From a virus: DNA of 64,000 nt. This document shows positions 19,964 to 30,102 of this stretch, piece after piece. The notes beneath the pieces are model-generated. The model worked only from the letters and a program-made list of their open reading frames with translations, ran no database searches and was not told the DNA's origin. Made by a program: the position numbers and the translations under genes. The stretch lies in the IMG/VR virus record IMGVR_UViG_3300027708_000026, positions 80,908-144,907 of that record, one strand, 5' to 3'. The stretch's first letter is position 1. Each line of letters starts with the position of its first letter.

Positions 19964-22900
19964 ATGAATCAGGCTTTTAATGATTTCTTAAGCAGTGTGG
20001 GCGGTGGTCTATCAGGAGACGGCGGCCCAAACATGAAAAACTACCAACATGCATCTAAGTTGTATGTTGAGGGTGGCTATGCACGAGCACCAAAATTTAA
20101 TCATTTATATTTTGTAGCATTCAACATCAACGATGGTGTGGTAAGGGATCGAAGCTGGCTACAAAATGGGTATAACACAGTGGGACTACTGGTCAAAAGT
20201 ACATCATTGCCCAAGTTCAAGATTACTTCTGAACAACTAAATCAGTACAATAGGAAAACACAAGTACAAACTAAGTTGACCTACGAGCCAGTGACCATGG
20301 AATTCCATGATGATAATAGTGAAATCACTAATGGACTTTGGAAAAATTATTATCGATATTATTACACAGATAGTATTTACGGCGGCAAGGACGACACAGT
20401 AGCACCAACGCCTAGTCAAGTGAGTTTAGGAAAAAAATTGTTTGGTGGGCTGTTGTCTCCGGGACGCAAAAGAATAAAAGCAAGGGAAAATAATATTTTT
20501 CCCGATGCATACACTGATAACAAATACAAGAAACATAATTACCCTTACGGACTAGATAATTTTCAAACGGTGCCGTTTTTTAAAAGTATCGATATTTTTG
20601 TATTGCATCAACAAAAGTTCACGCAAATAACCTTAATCAATCCTAAAATTACCAGCTGGGATCACGACGATGTTGGACAAAGTGACTCTACCAAACTCAT
20701 GAGAAGTAAAATGTCGCTGGTTTATGAAAATGTTTTGTACAACGACGGTAGGATAGGCAAGGGTAGTAAGTCTGGGGTATTCGCAGAAGCATTTTATGAT
20801 ACATCGCCAAGTCCTCTCAGTATCGCAGGTAAGGGATCAAAATCACTGTTTGGCCCCGGCGGCCTCATTGGTGGAGTCGAAGATGTATTTGGAGAGAATG
20901 GATCATTAGCCCAGGGCGATTATCTAGCGGCTGCACTACAGGCCGCAACATTGATTAAAAACGCAGGACAGATCACTGAACAGCAATTGAGCGCTGAAGG
21001 ATACAGTATGTTAGGTGCTGCTGTAGGAATCGCCGTGTCTTCTAGAAATGGTGAAATTGCACAGAATCTCGAGAATTATTTTTCAAACGGTATTGGAGTA
21101 TACACTAATCAGTATTCAAAAAACAATTTGGAAGATATCCCGACTACCCCGAATGCTCTGACTCCGGATCAATATCGAAAATTTATTTTAGATCAAGAAG
21201 CAGCCGCGTATGCTCAGGAAGTTGCCGATACACGGGCTAGGCAAGCACAACAAGAGAGAGAACTTGCCCAGCGTACCAATGCCGAATTAGATGCACTAAC
21301 TGAACAAAAAAATGCCATTGGAACACAAATATCGAATAATTTGAAAGTTGCGGAAAAAGCACTTAACACGATAAACGAGTGGAACGAAAAAATAGTCGAT
21401 CCCACTGATACAAATTTGTTATATTCTTCACCTGTATACATAGCTGCTAGAGCCCTCGGTGATTCCGAGTCAGTGGCTTTGGGAAAAGCTAAAGCCGATG
21501 CAGTAACAGCCAATGAAGGTGCTATAGCTATCATAGAGTCGGCTAATAGACAAAAAGAATCAGTCTATGCCATTAACAAGTTATTGGTCGCAAATCAAGA
21601 GTCTCTTACCCAGCAAGCTCAATTAATAAAAGATTATGGCCCTGATTACGCAGCTAAAATATCTAGGGATTCTCTAGACTATATACAGAAATATGGTGCT
21701 GTTGTTGCGCAAGAAAATACATTAGACACCAGCGCTCTTCCAAATCCTTTCTTGGATCACGAAATTGCCACAAAAACCTATCTAGCCGCACTTAATTCTG
21801 GAAGAATTTCATCCGTAAGTCAAGCTGCCGCAGATCTGCAAACCAGTGAGAATCTAGTTAAGGTGGAACGGCAAGCTGCCGTAAGCCAAGCAATTGGTAA
21901 GATCACAGAAAATTATGGTAATTTAACATTAGATAAGGCCCAAACTAATGTTGAGATAGCAGTCTTATTAGCAGAACAATCTAGGATCGATGGTGAGAGA
22001 ACTGAGTTGACTGATCGGTATCGAGCATGGCAGGTTGACCAAACCTTGGGTAATATAGTGGAAGATGCTAAGTATGTTGGATTGAAAAACATAGAGGACA
22101 TAGAAAAGCTGGTTATTGAGAAAGCGTTATTTCAGAAGGCCGCTTCTAATTTATTCACTGAGAAAAAGTTATTGCAAGCAGAATATGCCGATAAAGTTGG
22201 TGCGTATCCCGACACAGCATCAGCTAGAGAATTTTTTCTAGGATTAGCTAAAAAATATGATCCAACGAATCCAGATGCTGGTTTGATAACTAAACAAGAT
22301 TTTATCGACAAATACTCGGGTGCATCGTATATTGATCCAGAAAGTGGAAACACATATAAATGGACCGAAGATCAAGCTGTCCTTAAATATTATGCAGCAG
22401 GGGAAAAAGCCCCGGCACTGTATGAAAAAGCTATCGCTAGTTTTGATATTGCTATTAGTAAGGTAAACAACACGATAGTATTAAACAGTTTCGAATTGAG
22501 CAATATTAAAGGTCAAATTGGCGATGCTTATGTCACTTTGTTAAAGTCAAAATCTGCAACAGGTGATGAATATACAAATCTAACAACATCTATCGAGAAT
22601 AAAATCATAGATCTTGGAAAAACACAAGAAAAAATAACAGCTAGCGAACTACTATCACAGAGAATGGTTATAGTCAATACTGAACTTGCCTCAGCGCAGG
22701 CAGTTGTAGTAAAAGAATTGGCATATAATAAAAACCCCGATAAACCCTATGTTGTCATGGTCGACACTAGATCGGCCGAACAAATACAGTCCGATAGCAA
22801 ACCCGCCGCAACGAGTGAGTCTAAATCATTTATGGCCAAAACTACGATATCGATGGAGGTATCGGTGCAGCAAGCAATCCTTACATTACAGCAACAATTA

Positions 22901-23248
22901 GGGACAACTAATATTTACGGATTAACCATTGAGAAACAGGAAACTTTCGATGACATCGGTCGAAGAATATATACTGCAACAGCCACAGGTGTTGCTGTAC
23001 CGATACCGACAGATTTAGTGACTACTGTTAGGGTTACCTATAAGAATCAGTTTGGTGATATTGTTACTGATAATAGATACTACTCCGGAAGCACTTATCT
23101 CAGCCAATCACAAGCCGCTGCTGCAACACTGGCAGAATTTAAATCCATTAAAAATACAAAAGTTTTAGGCCTAGCCGTGGGTACAAGAAATAATAATACT
23201 AGCAGTACTAATACCAATGGAAAACGCTATACTGCCAACAAGAGCTAA
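19964..23248 (+). CDS. Tube-like baseplate protein (gp48/gp54-like N-terminus) with long helical C-terminal extension
   Basis: The N-terminal ~270 aa (LVKS..LPKF, NQYNRK, YEPV..EFHDDN, LINPKITSW.HD, YENV.Y) resemble a tube fold; the remainder is Ala/Gln/Glu/Lys-rich. Confidence 0.55.
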   Translation: MNQAFNDFLSSVGGGLSGDGGPNMKNYQHASKLYVEGGYARAPKFNHLYFVAFNINDGVVRDRSWLQNGYNTVGLLVKSTSLPKFKITSEQLNQYNRKTQVQTKLTYEPVTMEFHDDNSEITNGLWKNYYRYYYTDSIYGGKDDTVAPTPSQVSLGKKLFGGLLSPGRKRIKARENNIFPDAYTDNKYKKHNYPYGLDNFQTVPFFKSIDIFVLHQQKFTQITLINPKITSWDHDDVGQSDSTKLMRSKMSLVYENVLYNDGRIGKGSKSGVFAEAFYDTSPSPLSIAGKGSKSLFGPGGLIGGVEDVFGENGSLAQGDYLAAALQAATLIKNAGQITEQQLSAEGYSMLGAAVGIAVSSRNGEIAQNLENYFSNGIGVYTNQYSKNNLEDIPTTPNALTPDQYRKFILDQEAAAYAQEVADTRARQAQQERELAQRTNAELDALTEQKNAIGTQISNNLKVAEKALNTINEWNEKIVDPTDTNLLYSSPVYIAARALGDSESVALGKAKADAVTANEGAIAIIESANRQKESVYAINKLLVANQESLTQQAQLIKDYGPDYAAKISRDSLDYIQKYGAVVAQENTLDTSALPNPFLDHEIATKTYLAALNSGRISSVSQAAADLQTSENLVKVERQAAVSQAIGKITENYGNLTLDKAQTNVEIAVLLAEQSRIDGERTELTDRYRAWQVDQTLGNIVEDAKYVGLKNIEDIEKLVIEKALFQKAASNLFTEKKLLQAEYADKVGAYPDTASAREFFLGLAKKYDPTNPDAGLITKQDFIDKYSGASYIDPESGNTYKWTEDQAVLKYYAAGEKAPALYEKAIASFDIAISKVNNTIVLNSFELSNIKGQIGDAYVTLLKSKSATGDEYTNLTTSIENKIIDLGKTQEKITASELLSQRMVIVNTELASAQAVVVKELAYNKNPDKPYVVMVDTRSAEQIQSDSKPAATSESKSFMAKTTISMEVSVQQAILTLQQQLGTTNIYGLTIEKQETFDDIGRRIYTATATGVAVPIPTDLVTTVRVTYKNQFGDIVTDNRYYSGSTYLSQSQAAAATLAEFKSIKNTKVLGLAVGTRNNNTSSTNTNGKRYTANKS

Positions 23249-23260
23249 TTAAACATAATC

Positions 23261-23635
23261 ATGACCACAGCATTAACCAACATACCCTACGGCAACATTA
23301 AATCGTCTGACGCAACAGTCCAGGCATTCAATAACTATTTTGCCAATCCCATAGAGCTACATTCAGGCACACTAAATGCCATAACTGGATTTTTTACCGC
23401 AAGAGGGTTTGAACAAAATGCTGCTCAGACCATAGCAGTCATCATCATGACACAGTCAAAGAAAGATAGGTTAAACCCCATGTCTGTATTAGATACACTG
23501 GGCGGTTATGATGCAGTTGAAATCAGCGCATTTGCCACTACACTATTAAATTACAACAGATATAAAACTAGTTTCTTAGGATTTTCTCTAGCTTTTAGTC
23601 CTAAAGATGTAGCGGCAAGAAACGTTCTAGCATAG
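23261..23635 (+). CDS. Hypothetical virion-module protein
   Basis: 124-aa ORF in an operon between structural genes. Confidence 0.6.
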   Translation: MTTALTNIPYGNIKSSDATVQAFNNYFANPIELHSGTLNAITGFFTARGFEQNAAQTIAVIIMTQSKKDRLNPMSVLDTLGGYDAVEISAFATTLLNYNRYKTSFLGFSLAFSPKDVAARNVLA

Positions 23636-23636
23636 C

Positions 23637-24080
23637 ATGAGCTTAAAATTCAGTCAAGGCGTCTATAAAATAAAAAATCCCGACAAATATGTTGGACTAG
23701 GCGAGCCTAGATTTAGAAGCAGCTGGGAATTCACTTTCATGAACTTCTGTGATACTAATGAAAGCGTCAAAAAATGGTCCAGCGAACCGGTGAAAATTCC
23801 CTACAAGGATCCATTGACTGGCAAGCAGACAGTTTACATTCCGGACTTTCTAATCACTTACATTGATAAGTCCAAGAAAGAAATGGTAGAGATGATTGAG
23901 ATCAAGCCTGCCAATCAAACGCTGATAGAAAAGGTAGGAAAAAATCCCTACAATCAAGCACAGTATGTCAAGAATATAGCCAAATGGTCTGCTGCCAGCA
24001 AATGGTGCGGCGAAAAAGGTATCAAATTTCGTATCATAAATGAATCCGATATATACCACAATCCCAAAAGAAAGAAATAA
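23637..24080 (+). CDS. Head completion nuclease (T4 gp4-like, TnsA-type PD-(D/E)xK)
   Basis: NP.KY.G...FRSSWE, W.SE...IPY, YIPDF, IEIKP, N.AKW.AA. Confidence 0.85.
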   Translation: MSLKFSQGVYKIKNPDKYVGLGEPRFRSSWEFTFMNFCDTNESVKKWSSEPVKIPYKDPLTGKQTVYIPDFLITYIDKSKKEMVEMIEIKPANQTLIEKVGKNPYNQAQYVKNIAKWSAASKWCGEKGIKFRIINESDIYHNPKRKK

Positions 24081-24088
24081 GTAAGTTT

Positions 24089-24574
24089 ATGACCAAACGA
24101 CTTAATGAAATTTTTGACTTGCCTGAGGACAAAGACCCTCTAGTAATACCCAAGGTTGAGGAAACAGCCGCAACTCCTATAATCGATCTACAGGATCAGC
24201 TGGAAGAATTTGATAAAATTGCAGCAGCATTGCCTAGAGTAAAAGGACTAGGTGATATGAGTGATATGGAGCTCGACGGACTTGCCAGCAAGGCCGAACA
24301 GGCCTACGATGACTTAATGGATCTAGGCATGAATGTAGAACCAAAATACGGCGCTAGGATGTTTGAAATCGCAGCACAGATGATGACTGCTGCCATCGCT
24401 GCCAAGACCAACAAGATCGACAAGAAGTTGAAAATGGTTGATCTACAGCTGAAGAAGCTGGCAATTGAAAAGAAAAACGGTAACCAAGAGAGTGGAAATA
24501 CTGTAGAAGGGCAGGGATACATCCTAACAGATCGCAATAGTATCCTAGAAAGATTAAAGAAATTGGATAAATAA
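24089..24574 (+). CDS. Probable terminase small subunit
   Basis: Helical, A..AYDDLMDLG..VE.....RMFE.A..M pattern; near the large terminase. Confidence 0.5.
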   Translation: MTKRLNEIFDLPEDKDPLVIPKVEETAATPIIDLQDQLEEFDKIAAALPRVKGLGDMSDMELDGLASKAEQAYDDLMDLGMNVEPKYGARMFEIAAQMMTAAIAAKTNKIDKKLKMVDLQLKKLAIEKKNGNQESGNTVEGQGYILTDRNSILERLKKLDK

Positions 24575-24580
24575 AGTATC

Positions 24581-25144
24581 ATGAAAAATTTTAAAGAATA
24601 TCTATCAGAATCTATCGCTGACAAAAAATACAATTTTCGTGTCAAGGTAGCAGGCGATTTCTCTGCCGATCAAGAAACTAAATTACAGACTATGCTTGAG
24701 AAATTTCAAGTAGATGCTTTTAAAAAGTTAAGCGTGACGCCAGTACAAAAGTTTCCTCTGGACTTTCCACAAATTAGAAACTGCGAAGTTTCTATTTTTG
24801 AAGTCACAGTAAACTATCCCACTACCCCACAAGAATTGAAAGAGTATTTGGGCTCAGGATTAGCAGTCAATCCATCCATGTTGGCAGTAGTAACTCCTGG
24901 CATGCCTAGCGAAGAATACCAGCGTGAAGAACCCAAACGCGAAGGCGCACTATTAAATGACAGTGAATACAAAGAGGCACCAAATGCAAATTTTGATGAC
25001 TACTACGGTTCAAAATATAATAGTGGGTTTGTCAAAGAACTCAACGATATCTTAAAATTGCAACGCAGAGCACGCGGCGAAATCATACCAGAAACTGCTC
25101 CTGCTAGTTATATGCAAAGCGCCGAAAACGATACAAGGAAATAA
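24581..25144 (+). CDS. Hypothetical protein, probable internal head protein
   Basis: N-terminus MKNFKEYLSES resembles the T4 capsid-targeting/protease-cleaved leader type. Confidence 0.5.
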   Translation: MKNFKEYLSESIADKKYNFRVKVAGDFSADQETKLQTMLEKFQVDAFKKLSVTPVQKFPLDFPQIRNCEVSIFEVTVNYPTTPQELKEYLGSGLAVNPSMLAVVTPGMPSEEYQREEPKREGALLNDSEYKEAPNANFDDYYGSKYNSGFVKELNDILKLQRRARGEIIPETAPASYMQSAENDTRK

Positions 25145-25148
25145 AATT

Positions 25149-25939
25149 ATGCAAATGATCGACGTAATGAAGCGTTTGGCTGAACTTGATTCAACAAACC
25201 CCAATGTTATTAAAGAAAGCGCCGGTATAAAAGAATGCGGACCAATGGGCATGATGGGCAGCATGGGTGGAATGGAAAAGCCAAGCACACCTGCTAGCAT
25301 GAACATTACAGCAGGCAGCGGCGATGAACTGGCAAACATGCTAGCCACCATTATGCAATTGGCAGGTGTTAAACAAGATGCACCGGGCGAAATGGGCGAT
25401 GCACCTGGCATTGAAATCATGACTGCTGAGCCAGAAGTTAAAGTTGAGCCAATGAGCGGCGGCGATACAATGCGTTCCATGATCGACAAGCTAAATCCAA
25501 TGGATGACGAGGGCGGCGATGATGTAAGCAAAGCACACGGCGACTTTGATAATGACGGCGATCACGACATGGATGATCATGATAAAGAAAAAGACGAAGA
25601 GGAGACTGACGAAAGTTACGATAATTCTCCAAATCCAGAAACTGAAAACTACGGTGCATTCCAAGCTCATGGAGACATGGATAAGAATCCAGCAGGTGGC
25701 GGCAATGTTCCAAAAGATCACGATGCCCGTCCACGTGTACGCACACAGCCAGTTGCTACATACGAATCTTTAATGTCAGAATACGAAAAATTCGTTAGCG
25801 AAGGCGAGGGCAAGACAATGAGCCGTGCAGCTAAGGTTATGAAAAGTATGGCAAGAAAGGTATGATGGCTTTGGCCAAGGCCGGACGTGACGGGGAAGAT
25901 CTTGAGCCAATTCAAGATAAATTCAACAAGTACAAATAA
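25149..25939 (+). CDS. Acidic, Met/Gly-rich probable internal head/scaffold protein with an apparent -1 frameshift near 25835
   Basis: The track ORF ends at 25865. The -1 frame from 25835 reads GYEKYGKKGMMALAKAGRDGEDLEPIQDKFNKYK* to 25939, just before the terminator. Confidence 0.55.
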
Positions 25940-25957
25940 TTTACGATCTATTTGTCC

Positions 25958-25984
25958 AATAGCCTCTTCGGAGGCTATTTTTTT
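25958..25984 (+). terminator. Intrinsic terminator with UUCG tetraloop
   Basis: AATAGCCTC-TTCG-GAGGCTATT followed by a T tract. Confidence 0.9.
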
Positions 25985-25998
25985 CAGTAAATAAAGAT

Positions 25999-27591
25999 AT
26001 GGCAAACAAAAATCTCGACGGCGTTCTAATTAAGAAAGCCAACACGACTCAGAAGTGGACTGAAAAAGACATTGAGGATCTATTGAAATGTCAAGATCCT
26101 GTTACAGGTCCTGAATATTTTTTAAAGAATTTTTTCTTTATACAGCATGCCACACTAGGTAGAATCAAATACGACGCATACGGATATCAAGAAGAACTGC
26201 TACACAGCTATCACACCAACAGATATAGCGTTAACATGTTAGGCAGGCAGATGGGTAAGACTACTACTGCTGTGGGATACTTGTTATGGTATGCGATGTT
26301 TATGCCCGACAGCACAATACTTATTTGTGCCCACAAATACACTGGCGCACAGGAAATCATGCAGCGTCTAAGGTATGCGTATGAGACTTGCCCAGACTGG
26401 ATACGGGCAGGTGTTATTAACTACAACAAGCAAAGTATCGAATTTGAGAATGGGTCACGTATTGTAGCGCAGACAACTACTGAAACAACAGGTCGTGGTA
26501 TGTCTGTATCATTACTATACTGTGACGAGTTTGCCTATGTTGAACCTAATATTGCTGTAGAGTTTTGGACATCTATCGCTCCTACACTGGCAACTGGTGG
26601 TAAGGCCATTATTACCAGTACACCAAACAGTGACGAAGATCAGTTTGCACAAATTTGGAATGAAGCCAATAAGCGTATTGACGAGTATGGTAATACCACC
26701 AAGTTAGGCAAAAACGGGTATTATCCCTATATGGCCATATGGAATCAACATCCGGATCGTGATGAAAAATGGGCTAGCGAAATGCGCAGTCAATTGGGGG
26801 AAGATCGATTTGATCGTGAGCACGAATGCAAGTTCTTAATCTTTGATGAAACACTTATCAGCTCATCTTGTCTAATTGCCTTAGAGGGTCAAGAGCCCAC
26901 TATGAAAATGGGCCAAGCACGTTGGTATAAAAAGATCAATCCCTCAAGCACCTACATCGTCAGCTTAGATCCCAGCTTGGGAACTGGCGGAGATAACGCT
27001 GCTATCGAAGTGATAGAAGTGCCTAGCATGGATCAAGTAGCAGAGTGGCATCATAACCAAACGCCAGTGCAGTCACAGGTTAGAATATTAAGAGATATAG
27101 TGAATCACATTGAGGGGAAATGTCAAGCAGCGGGTGTAACATCTAGCATTTACTACAGTGTGGAAAATAATACCCTGGGAGAAAGCGCATTGATTGCTAT
27201 CGAAGCATTGGGCGAAGAATCATTTGCTGGCTTGTTTTTAAGCGAGCCAGTGAAGCGTGGTCATGTTAGAAGATTCCGTAAAGGATTTAATACTACTCAT
27301 AATAGTAAAATCTCAGCCTGCGCAAAATTAAAGCAGATGATCGAAACTAAAAAACTCAAAATACGTAGTAAATCCTTCATCAGCGAGTTAAAAACCTACG
27401 TAGGCGAGGGTGTTACATTCAAAGCCAAAGCCGGACATACAGATGATCTAGTGGCATCTATGCTGCTGGCCGTGAGAATGATCATGACTTTGCAGGAATG
27501 GGATCCAACAGTTTACGATAAAATGCGGGATCAAGATGGATTAGAAGCGCACGATTTGCCCATGCCCATATATATCAGCACGCCGTTCTAA
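25999..27591 (+). CDS. terL: Terminase large subunit (T4 gp17-like)
   Basis: Walker A GRQMGKTT, Walker B LLYCDE, TSTPN coupling motif, nuclease SLDP and DDLV. Confidence 0.95.
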   Translation: MANKNLDGVLIKKANTTQKWTEKDIEDLLKCQDPVTGPEYFLKNFFFIQHATLGRIKYDAYGYQEELLHSYHTNRYSVNMLGRQMGKTTTAVGYLLWYAMFMPDSTILICAHKYTGAQEIMQRLRYAYETCPDWIRAGVINYNKQSIEFENGSRIVAQTTTETTGRGMSVSLLYCDEFAYVEPNIAVEFWTSIAPTLATGGKAIITSTPNSDEDQFAQIWNEANKRIDEYGNTTKLGKNGYYPYMAIWNQHPDRDEKWASEMRSQLGEDRFDREHECKFLIFDETLISSSCLIALEGQEPTMKMGQARWYKKINPSSTYIVSLDPSLGTGGDNAAIEVIEVPSMDQVAEWHHNQTPVQSQVRILRDIVNHIEGKCQAAGVTSSIYYSVENNTLGESALIAIEALGEESFAGLFLSEPVKRGHVRRFRKGFNTTHNSKISACAKLKQMIETKKLKIRSKSFISELKTYVGEGVTFKAKAGHTDDLVASMLLAVRMIMTLQEWDPTVYDKMRDQDGLEAHDLPMPIYISTPF

Positions 27592-27615
27592 TGACTCAAA
27601 TTAACTAAATACAGT

Positions 27616-29967
27616 ATGGACGCTATTAAAATTATCTCCCAGGATCTTTTTGACAAGATCAGAAGCCGCTTCTCAAACCTAGAAATGGGCGATGATGCAG
27701 GTGGTGTTACAATTGACCCCTCGAGTGCTTACTACTTTGATTTCGATTTTGTTGTAGAAGGCACAAATTTAGGACGAGTCAGCATCAGCTTAGGTGATCT
27801 AGGCAGCTTGAAAGTATATTACAGCCAAGGTATCACTGAAAATCAAGATGATCCTGTTAAGAAATATTGGTACAGTTTCTTGCGTGAAATGAGATTTTTC
27901 GCCATGCGCAGAAAACTTAGATTTGATACAAGAGACATAACTAAAACGAATCTCGATAAAAACGATTTTCAACATTTGGCCGCTACACAAGGCCCTAAGG
28001 AAGAACCAGAAATGACCACTATGAACGAATCCCGTTGGAGCGAAAAAAGCTCACGTAAAACTAGCCGTGCTGTTCAAGGCAAGACTGAAGTTATTGTGCG
28101 CCACGCAAATCCAGTAGACGAAACATACGCAGGCGCCCGTAGTCAGCGTAAAAATATCAAAGCAATTTTTATTCAAAATTGTGATGGCGAAAGATTCAAA
28201 TATCCATTTATTCATCCGGCAGGTGCGTTTGCCATGGCACAACATGTGGACCACGGCGGTACTCCTCATGATCCAGCAGGCAAGGCCATCATCGACATGA
28301 GCGAACAAATTGCCAAGTTAGGTGAATTTCATCGTAAAGTAAACTCAGCAACCCTACATCCTGATGCAACTGGCATCACTGAGCGTGCAATGGCACACCT
28401 GTCAGAATTAAAGAACCGTGTGGGCATGTTGAGCAAGCGTCATCACTATCAACAATGGATGTCGGAATTCCAAGAGCCGCAAGATGCAGCAGTGACTGAA
28501 TTGGATGCCGTCACCATGGAAGATTACAAGAGCAAATTTACACAAACTAGTTTCCAAGAAGAACTATCGGGTTACTTCCCATTACTGCACAGAATTATGG
28601 GTGAGGCTAATACCGTTGACCTCGAAGAATTTGTCAAAGAATCTAACGAAGACACGAATAGATTAGGAATTGGCCAACAAATGGCGCGTGATGGAATAAA
28701 ATACAGTCCAGACAAAGAAAACGAACTTATTGATTTAATGGTTCAATACATGAAGAAAAATGGAATGAGTTCAAAAGAGATTCGATATCGTTTAAATTAC
28801 GATGAGGATTACATTCCTGATCAACTCAGCGACTTGCCAAAAGAAGGTAGTAGTGAAGAACCACCGTTTGAACCAGACACAACATCCAACTTCAACAAAC
28901 CAAACAATCCAAATCGTACAGGCATGGATTCTGCTCGAGCATTGGCACAGCGCGGAATGTCTCCAGCAGAAAGCATTAATGCTTTTGAAGAATGGGCAAC
29001 CGCCACAGAGAGTGGTGAGATCACCGATGACCAAATAGGACAATTGGCTGACGCAGTTGCCAAATTACCCACGGGAGATGATGGTAAGCCAGAATTGAAG
29101 TTGGGTCAGGATGGCAGCGAAGCTATCATGTTCTTTAGTGACTATGGCTTAGACAACATGGATCTTCAGACTAAATTAAAAGATGCTGCCAGTGGCGATG
29201 AGAATGCAGACCCATTCCAAGTGTTGAAATCTTGGGCTGAGGATGATCATAACTATCCGGGACTAATGCAACGCATGGGAATGACTGACACCGAACAGCC
29301 GCCCGGTCAAGAACCAGCAGCAGAGCCTGCACCAGAGCCTGAAGCAGATCCAGCAGCAGCTCCTCCTGAGCAAGGTGAAGAAGATTCGGGAGAAGAGCCG
29401 GAGCAACCACAGGGCACTATGTTTGAAGAAATTGCCAAACTAGTCAGTGGACGCTTTAATAGAGACAACATGCAAGTTGGTGCATTCAACGGCAAGGAAA
29501 ATATTGCTTTAGAAGTTAAGAAAGAAATTTCCGAAAAGTTTGGCGAGCAAGCTGGCGAAATGTCTGAACAACTGGCATTGCAGTTTATGGAAAAATTAAG
29601 TAAAGAACGAGACCACGGACCAGTGGGTGACGATGGATTGGCGCGTATTAGAGAAATCATGCGTCACATGGGCGCTAAGGTAGAAGCCATCGGTGATGTG
29701 ACCACTAACGGTCATGCTCCTGGTAACAATATTATGACATCAGCAGAGGAAGGTATCCTAAGCAAAGCTAGAGAGATTGGTAAAAAAGTGCTAGATCGAG
29801 TTGCACCCGGCGATGATGAATTACTACGCCAATTGCAAAAAAGTGCAGGCGTTCCATCACATGCTCAACACGGCAAGCCGCCGATGGCTAGTCCAAATCG
29901 TAGACAGCAACAACAAGAAAGCGCCGAATTTGCAGATATTTTGAAGCTGTCCGGATTGGCAAAATAA
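27616..29967 (+). CDS. Large acidic hypothetical protein, probably a virion internal protein
   Basis: 783 aa with low-complexity Pro/Glu linkers and recurring x-x-E-S sites; TAAATA 4 nt upstream. Confidence 0.55.
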   Translation: MDAIKIISQDLFDKIRSRFSNLEMGDDAGGVTIDPSSAYYFDFDFVVEGTNLGRVSISLGDLGSLKVYYSQGITENQDDPVKKYWYSFLREMRFFAMRRKLRFDTRDITKTNLDKNDFQHLAATQGPKEEPEMTTMNESRWSEKSSRKTSRAVQGKTEVIVRHANPVDETYAGARSQRKNIKAIFIQNCDGERFKYPFIHPAGAFAMAQHVDHGGTPHDPAGKAIIDMSEQIAKLGEFHRKVNSATLHPDATGITERAMAHLSELKNRVGMLSKRHHYQQWMSEFQEPQDAAVTELDAVTMEDYKSKFTQTSFQEELSGYFPLLHRIMGEANTVDLEEFVKESNEDTNRLGIGQQMARDGIKYSPDKENELIDLMVQYMKKNGMSSKEIRYRLNYDEDYIPDQLSDLPKEGSSEEPPFEPDTTSNFNKPNNPNRTGMDSARALAQRGMSPAESINAFEEWATATESGEITDDQIGQLADAVAKLPTGDDGKPELKLGQDGSEAIMFFSDYGLDNMDLQTKLKDAASGDENADPFQVLKSWAEDDHNYPGLMQRMGMTDTEQPPGQEPAAEPAPEPEADPAAAPPEQGEEDSGEEPEQPQGTMFEEIAKLVSGRFNRDNMQVGAFNGKENIALEVKKEISEKFGEQAGEMSEQLALQFMEKLSKERDHGPVGDDGLARIREIMRHMGAKVEAIGDVTTNGHAPGNNIMTSAEEGILSKAREIGKKVLDRVAPGDDELLRQLQKSAGVPSHAQHGKPPMASPNRRQQQQESAEFADILKLSGLAK

Positions 29968-29991
29968 CCCAAATTATTGCACCTTTTTAGG

Positions 29992-30102
29992 TTGCAGGTA
30001 TAAATAGATGTGTGTATACTTAATGGTATGCACACATTTTTCTTTTTAGTCAGTTGGCTAGAAAGAAGAGGCATAATATAACATTTATTAAGGAAAAACA
30101 TT
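29992..30102 (+). promoter_or_regulatory. Overlapping sigma70 and TATAAATA promoters plus structured ssb leader
   Basis: TTGCAG-17-TATACT (29992-30020), TATAAATA (29999-30006), hairpins at 30008-30037 and 30038-30069, AAGGA SD. Confidence 0.6.

Noticed and set aside
23637-24080. TnsA-like nuclease as a Tn7 transposon component
   Set aside because: No TnsB/C or transposon ends; context and motifs fit a gp4-like head completion protein.
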